Shown: piece by piece, positions 41,015-52,086 of the stretch
Position numbering within the stretch: position 1 is the stretch's first letter
How the letters are laid out: each line of letters opens with the position of its first letter
Assembly (NCBI GenBank): GCA_963702475.1
Contig: CAVPCT010000003.1
Coordinates: 800,001-864,000, forward strand
Length of the DNA stretch: 64,000 nt
Origin: an uncultured Thermoleophilia bacterium
Lineage (GTDB): Bacteria; Actinomycetota; Thermoleophilia; UBA2241
Direction of reading: 5' to 3'
Made by a program: the position numbers and the translations under genes
The notes under the pieces: generated by a model
Told to the model about the DNA's origin: nothing
Databases searched by the model: none
The model's input: the letters and a program-made list of their open reading frames with translations, nothing else

Positions 41015-42721
41015 ACGGCGCAAGGATGAGCTGACCGTCGCCGGCGAGCTCGCGCCGCTCGGCACGTTGCTCCTGCTGGCCTTCTTCGTGCCGCTCAGCC
41101 TGCTGCTCGCCTACTCGTTCTGGAAGCAGAGCGGCTTCGAAGTCGTGCACGAGTTCACCCTGGCGAGCTACGTCACGGCGCTCACCGACACCTTCTATCT
41201 CAAGCTCCTGCTCCGCTCGCTCGTCATCGGTGCGGCCGTTGCCTTCCTCTCGGTCGCCCTCGCCTACCCCTATGCCTACGCCGCGACCTTCCGCTTCCCG
41301 CGCGCGCGAGGGGCGCTGCTGTTCGCGGCGCTTCTCTCCATGTTCACCTCCTACCTGGTGCGGGTGTACGCCTTCCAGACCATCCTCGGCGAGACCGGCG
41401 TCATCAACAGCGTGCTCCGGGGCCTCGGCCTGATCGACGAGCCGCTCTCCTTCCTGCTCTTCAACTCCTTCGCCGTCGTCATCACACTGACCAACGTCTT
41501 CCTGCCCTACGTGCTCCTGCCCGATCTGGGCGGCGATGCAGTCGGTCGAGCGCAACCAGCTCGAGGCGGCGCGCGACCTCGGGGCGACGGCCATTCGCGA
41601 CCTTCTGGCGCGTCGTCTACCCGATGACGAAGAACGGGGCCAGGGCCGGCTTCCTCTTCGCCTTCGTGCTGGCAGCCGGCGACTACGTGACGCCGACCCT
41701 GGTCGGCGGGCCGAGCGGCACGATGATCGGTCGCGAGATCTCGGTCGCCTTCGGCCTGCTCAATGACTACCCGCTCGGGGCGGCGCTCGCGTTCGTGCTG
41801 CTCATCGCCTTCGCCGTGGCGGCGTGGCTGCTGCCCGCGCTCGTCGCGCGCATCCCGCGGCCGCCCTCAGTGCGCTGGGTACTCTCGGCGCCGCTGCGCG
41901 CCAGCGACCACGTACGCCTGCCGCTCTCGCGCTACTGGGCGCACGCCTACGTGGTCGCCGTCGTGCTGTTCCTGTTCGTGCCCCTCGCCATCATCATCCT
42001 GCTTTCCTTCAACACGAGCTCGGTGCCGGCCTTCCCGATGCGCGGCCTCACCTTGCACTGGTACGCGCGCGTGTTCTCCAACATCTCGTTCCGCGACGCT
42101 CTCTACACGAGCCTCAAGGTGGCGGCTCTCACGGCGGCGATCGGCGCCGTCCTGGGCACGCTCGCGGCGCTTGCCTTCGCGCGCCACAAGTTCCGCGCCC
42201 GGGGGCCACTCATGGGCCTGCTCTTCGCCCCCCTCGCGATGCCGGGCCTGATCACCGGCATCGCGATGCTGACCGTCTACGTGGCGCTCAGCGTCACCCT
42301 CTCGCTCTGGACGATCACCCTCGGCCACCTCGTGTACGCGACGCCGTTCGTCGTGCTCGCCATCGTCGCCGGCCTCTCCGACCTCGACCCGGCCCTCGAG
42401 GAGGCGGGGCGCGATCTCGGCCGCGGCCCCTTCGGGGTGTTCCGCAAGGTGACGCTGCCGCTCGTCTTCCCGGTGATCGTGGGAGCGGCGTTCGTCGCCG
42501 CGGCGCTCTCGCTGGACGAGTTCATCATCACGAACTTCGTCGCCGGCAGCACCGTGACCTTGCCGCTCTACATCTGGTCCAAGCTGCGCATCGGCGTGAC
42601 CCCTGACACCAACGCTGTGGGGACGCTCATCCTCGTGGGTCTGGCGCTGCTCTCGCTCGCGGCCTGGTACCTCACGCGACTGACGTCGACCTTCATCAGC
42701 AGAAGAGGAGAATCGAAGTGA
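40998..42721 (+). CDS. ABC permease with PotB- and PotC-like halves apparently in one polypeptide, frameshifts near 41525-41600
   Basis: Two EAA loops (LEAARDLGA, LEEAGRDLG); no stop between the halves in ORF 41624..42721. Confidence 0.8.
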
Positions 42722-43870
42722 GCAGACTCCGTGTCGGCGTCGTCGGCCTCGGCGCGATCGCCCAGATCCAGCACCTCCCGAACCTCGAGCAGCTCCGCGA
42801 CGGCTACGAGCTCGCGCACGTCTGCGACCTCTCGCCGCGGCTCGTGGAGACCATCGGCGAGCGCTACGGCGTCGCGGCGCGCACGACGGACTGGCGCGAG
42901 CTGTGCGCGGATGCGAGCCTCGACGCGGTGATCCTCCTCAACTCGGGGTCACACGGACCGCAGGCGCGGGCGGCGCTCGAGAGCGGCCTCCACGTGCTCG
43001 CCGAGAAGCCGCTCTGCTTCACGGTGCGGGAGGCGGACGAGCTCGAGGCGCTGGCGCAGTCCAGCGGCCGCGTCCTGCAGGTCGGCTACATGAAGTCGCA
43101 CGAGGCGGTGATGGCCCGGGCGCGCGCTGAGGTCGAGCGCCTCGGCGACCTGCGCTTCGTGCGGCACGCCGTCTTCCATCCCTCCGAGGTGCAGCAGCAG
43201 GAGCACGTCAACGTGCTGCGCTTCGACGACGCCGATCCCGATGCGCTGCGCCAAGCTGCGGAGGAGAACGCGGTCCTCGTGCGGGAGGCGATCGGCGACG
43301 TCGCGCCGGGGCTGCAGTGGCTCTACAGCGAGCTCGGACTGGGGTCGATCGTGCACTACCTGGCCGTCTTTCGCTCGCTCTTCGGGCGCCTGCCCGAGTC
43401 GATCATCGCGGCCTACGCATGGCCTTTCGACCCGGAGAGCCCACCCCTCGGCTGGGGTCCCGACGACCAGCTGCCGACGCTCTCGGTCTTCGCCTCCTTC
43501 GGCGGCGAGTGTCGCCTCGACCTCACCTGGGCCTGGCTGCAGCGCTATCCCGAGTACCGCGAGCTGGTCGAGGTCTTCTCCCCCGAGGGCGGCGTGCGCC
43601 TGCAGCTGCCGCCCCCCTACCTCCATCACCGCACCGCGGCTCTGACCGTCGAACGCCTGGGCGGCGACGGCGGGCACGAGTCCGTGGGCGCCTCGGGCGC
43701 CTTCGACGCGGCCTTCCTGCGCGAGCTGCGCGACTTCCACGCGGCCGTGACCGAGCGGAGTACCAGTCGTCTCGACCGCGGCCGACGCTCGCGACGACGT
43801 AGGCTTCTGTCAGGAGCTTGTGGCGCGCGTCGCCGAGAGCCTCGCGGCGGATGTGGAGCGTGTGTCATGA
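42718..43870 (+). CDS. Gfo/Idh/MocA dehydrogenase (IolG-like), frameshift near 43765
   Basis: GLGAIA, HVLAEKP; corrected frame ends ..ERVS* overlapping iolB ATG. Confidence 0.85.
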
Positions 43871-44763
43871 GCACTGTCACGCCCTCGCCCGGCGAGAAGG
43901 TGCGGAGTCTCCACTACCGCGCCGGGCAACTCGCAAAGGGGGAGGATGAGCTCCTCATCACGCCCGAGCGGATGGGGTTCTCCTTCGCCGGCCTGCGCGT
44001 CGTGCGGCTCGAACCGGAGGCCACGCTCACGCTCCGGACGGACGCAGACGAGCTCGTCGTGCTGCCCCTCGCCGGCGGTTGCCGCGTCGAGACGGACGGC
44101 CTGTCGGCAGACCTCCAGGGGCGCGAAGACGTCTTCGCGCGCATCAGCGACTTCGCCTACGTGCCCCGCGACAGCGAGGTGCGCATCACGGCCGCCCGCA
44201 GCTGCGAGCTGGCCCTGCCCTCAGCCCGGGCGCGGCGCCGCCTCGAGCCCGCTTACGGCGAGGCCGAGGCGGTGGGCATCGAGATCCTCGGCGCCGGACA
44301 GGCGACACGCCAGAAGAACAACTACCTCGCGCCCGGGGGCCTCCCCGCGGACCGCCTCTGCCTGTGCGAGGTCCTTACCCCCGACGGCAACTGGTCCTCC
44401 TATCCACCGCACAAGCACGACGACCCGATGACCGGCGAGTCGGTCCTCGAGGAGATCTACTACTACCGCCTCGGCGGCGGTCCCGCCGCCTACGGCTGCC
44501 ACCGCACCTACGACCTCGAGCAGGGCTGGGACGTGACGGTGACGGTGCGTAGCGGCGACGTCTTCCTCGTGCCGCGTGGCTACCACGGGCCCTGCATGGC
44601 CGCGCCCGGCTATCCGATGTGGTACCTCAACGTGCTCGCCGGGCCCGCGGCGGAGCGCTCGCTCATCGTCGCCGACGACCCCGAGCAGCACTGGATACGC
44701 GAGTCCTGGCAGACGCAGGCGATAGACCCGCGCATCCCGCTGACGACGGCGGTGGCCCGATGA
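43867..44763 (+). CDS. iolB: 5-deoxy-glucuronate isomerase
   Basis: GNWSSYPPHKHD, LEEIYYY, VPRGYHGP, YLNVLAG. Confidence 0.93.
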   Translation: MSTVTPSPGEKVRSLHYRAGQLAKGEDELLITPERMGFSFAGLRVVRLEPEATLTLRTDADELVVLPLAGGCRVETDGLSADLQGREDVFARISDFAYVPRDSEVRITAARSCELALPSARARRRLEPAYGEAEAVGIEILGAGQATRQKNNYLAPGGLPADRLCLCEVLTPDGNWSSYPPHKHDDPMTGESVLEEIYYYRLGGGPAAYGCHRTYDLEQGWDVTVTVRSGDVFLVPRGYHGPCMAAPGYPMWYLNVLAGPAAERSLIVADDPEQHWIRESWQTQAIDPRIPLTTAVAR

Positions 44764-46697
44764 AGACGCGCCGGTTGACGATGGCCCAGGCCATCATCGA
44801 GTTCCTCACCGCCCAGGAGGTCGAGCGCGACGGGGTGCGCAATCGGTTCTTCGCCGGCTGCATCGGCATCTTCGGACACGGCAACCTCGCCGGCATCGGG
44901 CAGGCCCTGCAGGAGCGGCCCGACTTCCGCTATATCCAGGCGCGCAACGAGCAGGCCGCGGTGCACATCGCCTCGGGCTTGGCCAAGCAGAGCAGGCGCC
45001 GGCGCACCCTCGCCTGCACCTCCTCGATCGGCCCCGGGGCGACCAACATGGTGACCGGGGCGGCGGTGGCCACCGTCAACCACCTGCCGGTGCTGCTCCT
45101 GCCTGGCGACGTCTTCGCGGGTCGACGGCCCGACCCCGTGCTGCAGCAGCTGCAGGTGCCCTACGCCGGTGACGTCAGCGTCAACGATTGCCTGCGTCCC
45201 GTCTCGCGCTACTTCGACCGCCTCACGCGGCCCGAGCAGGCTCCGAGCGCCCTGTTGCAGGCGATGCGCGTCCTCACCGACCCGGCCGAGACCGGCGCCG
45301 TGACGCTCGCCCTGCCCCAGGACGTGCAGGCCGAGGCCGCCGACTATGCGGACGAGCTCTTCGCGCCGCGCGTCTGGCACATCCCTCGCGCCGTGCCCGA
45401 CGCGGCCGCCCTGGAACGTGCGGCCGCGCTGCTGCGTGCGGCCCAGCGGCCGTTGATCGTGGCCGGCGGCGGCGTCCTCTATTCAGAGGCCTCGGAGGCA
45501 CTCGCCGCGTTCAGCCAGGCGACGGGCATACCGGTCGCGGAGACCCAGGCCGGCAAGGGTGCGATGCACTTCGCCGACCCCCTCACCCTGGGGAGCGTCG
45601 GGGTCACAGGGACGCTGGCGGCGAACGCGCTGGCTCGCGAGGCCGACCTCGTGCTCGGCGTCGGTACCCGCTACTCGGACTTCACGACCGCCTCGCACAC
45701 CGCCTTCGCGGACCCTGACGTGCGCTTCGTCAACGTCAACGTGGCGGGCTTCGACGCCGGCCGCTTCGCCGGCTGCCCACTGGTCGGCGACGCGCGCGCC
45801 ACGCTCACCGCTCTGGCCGCTCTCCTCGAGGGCCACCGGTCTCGAGCGGAGTGGACCGCCAAGGCTGCCGCTCTCCATGAACAGTGGGAGGCTGAGCTCG
45901 AGCGCGTCTGCACCCCTCCCGACCAAGCGACGCTGACCCAGGCCGCGGTCATCGCGGCGGTCAACGAGGCGGCAGGGGAGGACGGCGTCGTGGTCAACGC
46001 CGCCGGGAGCCTGCCCGGCGACCTGCACAAGCTCTGGCGCAGTCGCCACCCGCGCTCCTATCACATGGAGTACGGCTACTCCTGCATGGGCTACGAGGTG
46101 GCCGGGGGAATCGGCGCGAAGCTCGCCGACCCCGAGAGGCCGGTGTTCGCGATGGTCGGCGACGGCTCGTGGCTGATGATGTCGAGCGAGCTGGTGACCG
46201 CGGTGCAGGAGGCGGTCCCGCTCGTCTGCGTGCTCGTCGACAACCACGGCTTCGCCTCGATCGGCGGGCTCTCGCAGTCGCTCGGCAGCGCGCGCTTCGG
46301 CACCGCCTATCGCAGGCGAGGAGCCGACGGGCAGCTGTCGGGCGAGCTGTTGCCGATCGATTTCGTCGCCAACGCCGCCAGCTTGGGCGCGCGCGCTCGC
46401 CGGGCAGACACGCTCGCGGAGCTGCGCGAGGCGCTCGCCGAGGCGCGGAGCAGCGAGCGGCCCGTCGTCATCGTCGTGGAGACGAGCCCGGACCACAGTG
46501 TCCCGAGCTACGGGTCGTGGTGGGACGTGGCCGTGGCTGAGGTCAGCGCGATGCCGGCGGTCGCGACCGCCCGGGAAGCCTACGAGACGGCGCGCCTCCG
46601 CGAACGACCATTTGTGGCGCCGGCTGGGGGTCGCGCGTCAGCCGATGTGCAGGCTGACCGTCCACCGAAGTCGGCCGGAGACGGGAGCAGCCCATGA
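44760..46697 (+). CDS. iolD: 3D-(3,5/4)-trihydroxycyclohexane-1,2-dione acylhydrolase (TPP-dependent)
   Basis: IFGHGN, SIGPGATNM, HMEYGYSCMGYE, GDGS. Confidence 0.95.
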   Translation: MKTRRLTMAQAIIEFLTAQEVERDGVRNRFFAGCIGIFGHGNLAGIGQALQERPDFRYIQARNEQAAVHIASGLAKQSRRRRTLACTSSIGPGATNMVTGAAVATVNHLPVLLLPGDVFAGRRPDPVLQQLQVPYAGDVSVNDCLRPVSRYFDRLTRPEQAPSALLQAMRVLTDPAETGAVTLALPQDVQAEAADYADELFAPRVWHIPRAVPDAAALERAAALLRAAQRPLIVAGGGVLYSEASEALAAFSQATGIPVAETQAGKGAMHFADPLTLGSVGVTGTLAANALAREADLVLGVGTRYSDFTTASHTAFADPDVRFVNVNVAGFDAGRFAGCPLVGDARATLTALAALLEGHRSRAEWTAKAAALHEQWEAELERVCTPPDQATLTQAAVIAAVNEAAGEDGVVVNAAGSLPGDLHKLWRSRHPRSYHMEYGYSCMGYEVAGGIGAKLADPERPVFAMVGDGSWLMMSSELVTAVQEAVPLVCVLVDNHGFASIGGLSQSLGSARFGTAYRRRGADGQLSGELLPIDFVANAASLGARARRADTLAELREALAEARSSERPVVIVVETSPDHSVPSYGSWWDVAVAEVSAMPAVATAREAYETARLRERPFVAPAGGRASADVQADRPPKSAGDGSSP

Positions 46698-47617
46698 ACG
46701 TCAAGGTATCGTCCGCGCCCTGCTCGTTCGGAGTCTGGGAGACCAACGTTGAGGAGGGCGTCCACCCCGAACCGGCGCAGTTCGTGCGGCTCGTGCGAGA
46801 GTGCGGCTACGAAGGGACCGAACTCGGTCCGCCCGGCTATCTGGGGAGCGGCGAGACAGTGGCGAGGCTCTTGCAGCAGGCCGACCTGCGGCTGGCCGGG
46901 TCCTTCCTGATGTTCCGCCTCTCACGGGAGGACGAGTTCCGCCAGGACCTCGCGGCCCTGGACGGGACGCTCGCCGAGCTCAGTCTCGCTGCGGGAGACA
47001 ACGAGCTGCCCATCGTCCTCCTCGCTGACGCGTTCGGCGCCGAGCCCGACAGGATGCAGTACGCCGGCGCCATCGAGCAGCATCCCGAGACGTGGTTGAG
47101 CGCGGAGCGCTCGAAGCTGCTCGTCGCCAACCTGCAGCGCACCGCGTATCGCTGCTGTGAGCTCGGCTTCACCTGCTCGCTGCACCCCGACTACGGCAGC
47201 TACATCGAGACCGAGCGCGAGATCACCTCGGTCTTCGAGGCCACCGACCCCGACCTCCTCGGCCTCTGTTTCGACACCGGCAACATCGCCTTCGCCGGTT
47301 CCCGGCCGGCCGAGCTCCTCAAGCAGTACATGCCGGTGGTGAACCACGTCCACCTGAAGGACCTCGATCTCGGCCTGCTCGCGAGGGTCCAAGGCAGTGG
47401 CCAGGGGGTGGAGGGCGCCTGGGACGCGGGGGTCTTCTGTGAGATCGGCAGCGGCGACGCCCAGGTCGCCGAGTGCCTCGAGGAGCTCGACCGTGCGGGC
47501 TACGAAGGCTGGCTCGTGGTCGAGCACGAGCGCCCACTGGTGGAGGGCTGGGCACTTGAGGACGCTGTAGCCGCGCAGCGAGCGAACCGAGCCTGGCTTG
47601 CTGATCGGGGGGTCTAA
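46694..47617 (+). CDS. Xylose-isomerase-like TIM barrel, IolE (inosose dehydratase)-like
   Basis: APCSFGV, ELGPPGYL, FDTGN, HVHLKD, WLVVE. Confidence 0.8.
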   Translation: MNVKVSSAPCSFGVWETNVEEGVHPEPAQFVRLVRECGYEGTELGPPGYLGSGETVARLLQQADLRLAGSFLMFRLSREDEFRQDLAALDGTLAELSLAAGDNELPIVLLADAFGAEPDRMQYAGAIEQHPETWLSAERSKLLVANLQRTAYRCCELGFTCSLHPDYGSYIETEREITSVFEATDPDLLGLCFDTGNIAFAGSRPAELLKQYMPVVNHVHLKDLDLGLLARVQGSGQGVEGAWDAGVFCEIGSGDAQVAECLEELDRAGYEGWLVVEHERPLVEGWALEDAVAAQRANRAWLADRGV

Positions 47618-47680
47618 CAAGCAGGCGATGTCTTTGAGTCACTCGAGCTGAGCGCCATGCCCTATCCGGAGGAGACGCAC

Positions 47681-48817
47681 ATGTCCGTCAGCACACCCTC
47701 GTCCTCGCCGGCCGAGCGGCCCGGCCCGACCCCGGCGGGTCCGCGCCGCGAGCCCCTTGAGGAGACGGCCGCGACCACCGCGACCGACTACTGGAACGAT
47801 TCCTGTTCAGTGGAGGAACTGGACTACGCCATCACCCGAGGGGCCGTCGGGGCGACGACCAACCCGACCATCGTCGGAGACGTGCTTAAGAAGGAGATGC
47901 ATCTCTGGCGCGAGCGCATCGCGGAGCTCATCGCCGGCAACCCGACGTGGACCGAGGACGAGGTCACCTGGAGGCTGATCGAGGAGATGGCGCAGCGCGG
48001 TGCCGAGCTGCTTCTGCCCGTGTTCGAGCGCGAGGGCGGCAGGAAGGGCCGCCTCTCCATCCAGACCGACCCGCGCTACTACCGCGACGCGGCGCGCATC
48101 GTCGAGCAGGCCGTCCGCTTCGCAGCGCTGGCGCCGAACATGCAGGTGAAGATCCCGGTGACGCACGCGGGCATCGCAGCCATAGAGGAGGCCACCGTGG
48201 CCGGCGTGAACGTCAACGCCACGGTGTGCTTCACCGTGCCGCAGGCGCTTGCGGTCGCAGAGGCGGTCGAACGCGGCCTCGCCCGTCGTGCGATGGCTGG
48301 CGAGGACGTCACTCCGATGACGCCGGTCTGCACGGTCATGATCGGGCGCCTCGACGACTGGCTGCAGGTACTGGTCAAGCGCGACGGCGTCGTGGCCGAC
48401 CCCGGCATCGTGCACTGGGCGGGGGTAGCCTGCTTCAAGAAGGCGTACGGCATCTTCATGGAGCGCGGCTACCGCACCCGCCTGCTGGCCGCGGCCTACC
48501 GCCACCACCTGCACTGGTCGGAGCTCATCGGCGGCGACGTCATCCTCACCATCCCCTACGCCTGGCAGCGCCTGTTCAACGAGTCCGACATCGAGGTCGT
48601 GCCGCGCATGGACGAGCCGGTGCCGGTGGAGATCGTCGATGAGCTCTACCGCCGCTTCCCGGACTTTCGGGGAGCCTACGACGAGGACGGCATGACGGAC
48701 GCGGAGTTCGACGCCTACGGCGCCACGGCGCGCACGCTGCGCGGGTTCATCAGTTCCTATCACGACCTGGTCGCCGTGGTCCGCGACTTCATGTTGCCTG
48801 ACCCGGACGTGAGGTAG
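47681..48817 (+). CDS. Transaldolase family protein with atypical active site
   Basis: WNDS, TTNP, SIQTDP, VKIP, NVNAT, MIGRLDD, AAAYR. Confidence 0.9.
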   Translation: MSVSTPSSSPAERPGPTPAGPRREPLEETAATTATDYWNDSCSVEELDYAITRGAVGATTNPTIVGDVLKKEMHLWRERIAELIAGNPTWTEDEVTWRLIEEMAQRGAELLLPVFEREGGRKGRLSIQTDPRYYRDAARIVEQAVRFAALAPNMQVKIPVTHAGIAAIEEATVAGVNVNATVCFTVPQALAVAEAVERGLARRAMAGEDVTPMTPVCTVMIGRLDDWLQVLVKRDGVVADPGIVHWAGVACFKKAYGIFMERGYRTRLLAAAYRHHLHWSELIGGDVILTIPYAWQRLFNESDIEVVPRMDEPVPVEIVDELYRRFPDFRGAYDEDGMTDAEFDAYGATARTLRGFISSYHDLVAVVRDFMLPDPDVR

Positions 48818-49163
48818 GTCTCCACCCGCGCACCGGTTCGCACGGCCGCCATGTGGACCGGTGCGCACCCGCTCCGAAATTGAATGCGCGATTCCAAGTC
48901 CGGCTCATCGCGCATCGAGATGTTCGGCATCACTGTGGGTGCAGGCGATATCTCAGGCTAGGCGAATGGCGTGCCGACATCTTGCCGACGAGATGCATCG
49001 CCACGGCCCATCACGACCAGTCACAGGCCGCCAGCGGGTCTACTCAGGAACCTGGACTGTGCAGCACAATTGCGTCTATCTCATTACGCCTGAGCACCGC
49101 CAGCTGACGACATCAAGACCCCCTGCAGATCCAATCGTGGAACAATGCCGTCGTGAGCTATCG

Positions 49164-50150
49164 TCACCCCTGGTCGTCCATGCCCGACTCCGCGAGCTCA
49201 CCCACGTCTGGCCAGGCTTCGTCGGACAGTCTGAGCAGATCTTCCTGCGACGTGCGCTGCGACAGGTAGGCTTCGACTGTGGGCCGCGACCAAGCTGACA
49301 AGAAGCGCAGGGTGAAGAGCTTGGCCTCCTCCGGATGCCAGGCGTGGGCCTCGATCAGGCGGGCGTGAAGCTCGGCCTTCGAGAGTCGCTCCGGGGAGTC
49401 GCGCAGCAGCCGCCCGATCTCCTGCTCGTAGACCTCGCTCCACCGGAGGCTCTCGTCGATCTGCGCGGCCACCTGCTCGCCCGTGAGCACGGGGGACGGC
49501 TGATAGCGATAGAGATGGGCTGTGACGAGCCGCTCCGCCTCGAGCTCGCGCAGGCGCCGGAGCGACGCGCGGTATGCCGCAACGTCGGTGATGATCGGCA
49601 GGCCCTGTGAGTAGTCGCCGTTGCCCTGCACAGCGTCGCCGCACAGGAGGAGGCGCTCGCCAGCGCACCACAGACTGATGGCCGTCGACGAATGGCCCGG
49701 GGTGTGCAGAACCTGGAAGACGATGTCGCCGCAGGCGAGCTCCTGTCCATCCGCGAGGGGGATGTCCACGCCGTCCGGCACCGAAGCAGCGGCGTCGGGA
49801 TGCGCGGCCACCGGCGCTCCCGAGGCCCGCTTGAGTGGGACATTGCCGAGCACGTGGTCGAAGTGGTCGTGGCTGTTGACGATGACGCGGATGGAGCGCG
49901 GTCCGAGCCCCCTGGCGCCCAGGAACGGCAGCAGGTAGGTGGCGGGGTGGTAGGCGAGGCCGGGGTCGACCACAAGTACGTCGTCATCGGCGATTACGAC
50001 CACCGTGCCGATGTAGATCGCGGCCGGTGAGATCACCCCGGTCGGTCCCCACAGGGGCGCGCGTACCAGGTAGACACCGTCCGTGACGGTCTCCCAGGCG
50101 GCCGGATAGTCGATGGCGAGGTGGCCGATGGTGCCGTAGCCGTCCATCAT
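49164..50150 (-). CDS. Metallo-beta-lactamase-fold hydrolase
   Basis: SHDHFDH, TPGHS, CGD, TAH. Confidence 0.88.
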   Translation of the reverse strand: MMDGYGTIGHLAIDYPAAWETVTDGVYLVRAPLWGPTGVISPAAIYIGTVVVIADDDVLVVDPGLAYHPATYLLPFLGARGLGPRSIRVIVNSHDHFDHVLGNVPLKRASGAPVAAHPDAAASVPDGVDIPLADGQELACGDIVFQVLHTPGHSSTAISLWCAGERLLLCGDAVQGNGDYSQGLPIITDVAAYRASLRRLRELEAERLVTAHLYRYQPSPVLTGEQVAAQIDESLRWSEVYEQEIGRLLRDSPERLSKAELHARLIEAHAWHPEEAKLFTLRFLSAWSRPTVEAYLSQRTSQEDLLRLSDEAWPDVGELAESGMDDQG

Positions 50151-50196
50151 TGCTGCCTCTCCTTTCCCCTCGGCCAAGGTCGCTTGTCTCGCGTGA

Positions 50197-51798
50197 CTAG
50201 CTGCCGAAGAAGTAGGTGTCGAGCCGGGCCTCCCCTTTGCCCAGCCCCAGTTTGCGTCTGATGCTGCGGCGATGGAAGGTCACGGTGGCCGGTGACAGGT
50301 AGAGCGTCTCCGCGATCTCGGCGGTCGTCCTGCCGGCGCGAATGAGGTTCAGGACCTCGGTCTCGCGGCGCGTAAAAGACGCCCGATGTTGGGCGCCCGC
50401 GGGGTTGCTCGCGGGCAGGCCCAGCAGCGGCCTGCTGATCTCTCGCAGCGAGCGGGCCAGCGCCTCCAGCTGGGCCGCCTCGGGCCGGAGGCCCAGAGAA
50501 CGGCGGGTGCGGTCGAGCGTGGGCAGCACGAACTGCTCGAGATTTCGGATGACGGTCTGCTCGAGGTCGTGGCGGTCCTGCTGCATCTGGCCGAGGGTGG
50601 CCACCAGCACGGCGTCGCGCTTCTCCAGCAGCTCGGCCTGCTGCCGCAGGGCACTCTCCGATTCCTCGAGTGCGCCGCGCAGATCGCGAAAGAGCGGCGT
50701 CACGTCCGTGCCAAGCAAGAAGGCGAAGCTGTCGCCGCCGACATTGCAGGGGACGATCGTGAAGAGCAGGTGGCGTGGCCTGTCGTCGTGATGCAGCTCC
50801 GCCTCACGGCGTTGAACGCTCTCCGTGGCCAGCGACTGCCGCACGGCGTCGGTGAAATCCTTGGCAAAGAGGTCCTCCAGTGCCTCGCCCAAGACGGCTT
50901 TCTCCGGAGCTCCCAGCAGCTCGAGGCCGGCGGGATTGGCGTCGAGAACGGTGATCTGGGCATCGACGCGGTAGGCGGGGTTGGTAGCCGTCGTGAACAG
51001 GGTGCGGTAGAGCTCCCTGGAGTCGCGCAGCGCCTGCTCGGCTTGACGCTCGCGCGTGATGTCCCGGACGGTGCCGACCTGGTGCGACGGCGACCCGTCG
51101 GCGCCAGTGATCACGATCCCCCTGTCCTGGACGAGGATGTAGCTGCCGTCCTCGCGCCGCATGCGGTACTCGCCGACGTACGGGTCTCCGCGTGCGACGG
51201 CGGCGTCGTTGGTGCGGATGACCTCCACGCGGTCGTCCGGGTGGATCCGCTCGCGAAAGCCGATGTTGGTGCGCGGCAGCCCCCCCGGCTCCAACCCCAG
51301 CATGAGGTCCAGTGGGGCGGTGAGCTCGACGAAGTCCGTCAGGATGTGCCAGTCGTAGTAGGCGTCGGCGATGCCTTCGAGGAGGGCCTTGAAGCGCTTG
51401 GCCGAGGCCCCCACGCCGGTGATGGCGCGCTCGTCTTCAACGACTTCTGTGAGTTCCACGACGAGATAGGGTCGAGCGTGATGCACCAGGCGAGCCTCGA
51501 ACCGCATCAAGCGAGCGTGGTCACGCAGATCGACCGTCAGCCGTCCACGTTGCGTCTCCCCTGGTCTCAGCGCACGGAACGCGGTCATCGGAAGGCCCTG
51601 TGGGCGGTCCGCGGCGAGGGCGCGCAGCCAAGCGGAGGTCGGCGGCGACCCACGCAGCCCAAGAGACGAACGGGCGGGCGTGTTGCCTGCGACGAAGCTG
51701 AGCGAGGTGGGGTCGAACACGAGCACCAGCGACCGCGACGGCAGCTTCAGGCAGTCGAGCTCGGATGCCGCTGCTTCCGCGTCGGACGTCGTGTTCAC
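50197..51798 (-). CDS. PAS-domain LuxR-type HTH regulator
   Basis: IHPDDR..EYRMRREDG PAS/PAC; FTRRETEVL..EIAETLYLS..HRRSIRRKLG. Confidence 0.9.
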   Translation of the reverse strand: MNTTSDAEAAASELDCLKLPSRSLVLVFDPTSLSFVAGNTPARSSLGLRGSPPTSAWLRALAADRPQGLPMTAFRALRPGETQRGRLTVDLRDHARLMRFEARLVHHARPYLVVELTEVVEDERAITGVGASAKRFKALLEGIADAYYDWHILTDFVELTAPLDLMLGLEPGGLPRTNIGFRERIHPDDRVEVIRTNDAAVARGDPYVGEYRMRREDGSYILVQDRGIVITGADGSPSHQVGTVRDITRERQAEQALRDSRELYRTLFTTATNPAYRVDAQITVLDANPAGLELLGAPEKAVLGEALEDLFAKDFTDAVRQSLATESVQRREAELHHDDRPRHLLFTIVPCNVGGDSFAFLLGTDVTPLFRDLRGALEESESALRQQAELLEKRDAVLVATLGQMQQDRHDLEQTVIRNLEQFVLPTLDRTRRSLGLRPEAAQLEALARSLREISRPLLGLPASNPAGAQHRASFTRRETEVLNLIRAGRTTAEIAETLYLSPATVTFHRRSIRRKLGLGKGEARLDTYFFGS

Positions 51799-52086
51799 GG
51801 GTCCCTCCGTGCCTGGCGTGAACTCAGCCTATCCAAGACCTATGACTATCCTCCCATAACGCTCCGTTGAACAGCGTCAGGTGCCGCCTAGCATCGAGTC
51901 GAAGGGTACGGCACTCTCACACTCCGAGGCCGGTTGCGTGACGATCGTGGCTCGCCGCGACACTCAGCGCCCCAGCTCGACACCTTCCTGTTCGCTGCTG
52001 CCCGTTTTTCGTGACCTCCGTCAAGCCGCTCGTCCGCGACCCCCGTGAGCGTCGGCGGCACTCACCGGTCGTCAAGGAGGTACGAC

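Noticed and set aside
42718-44763. Dehydrogenase-IolB fusion
   Set aside because: A single indel near 43765 explains it; the corrected frame stops at 43870 overlapping the iolB ATG
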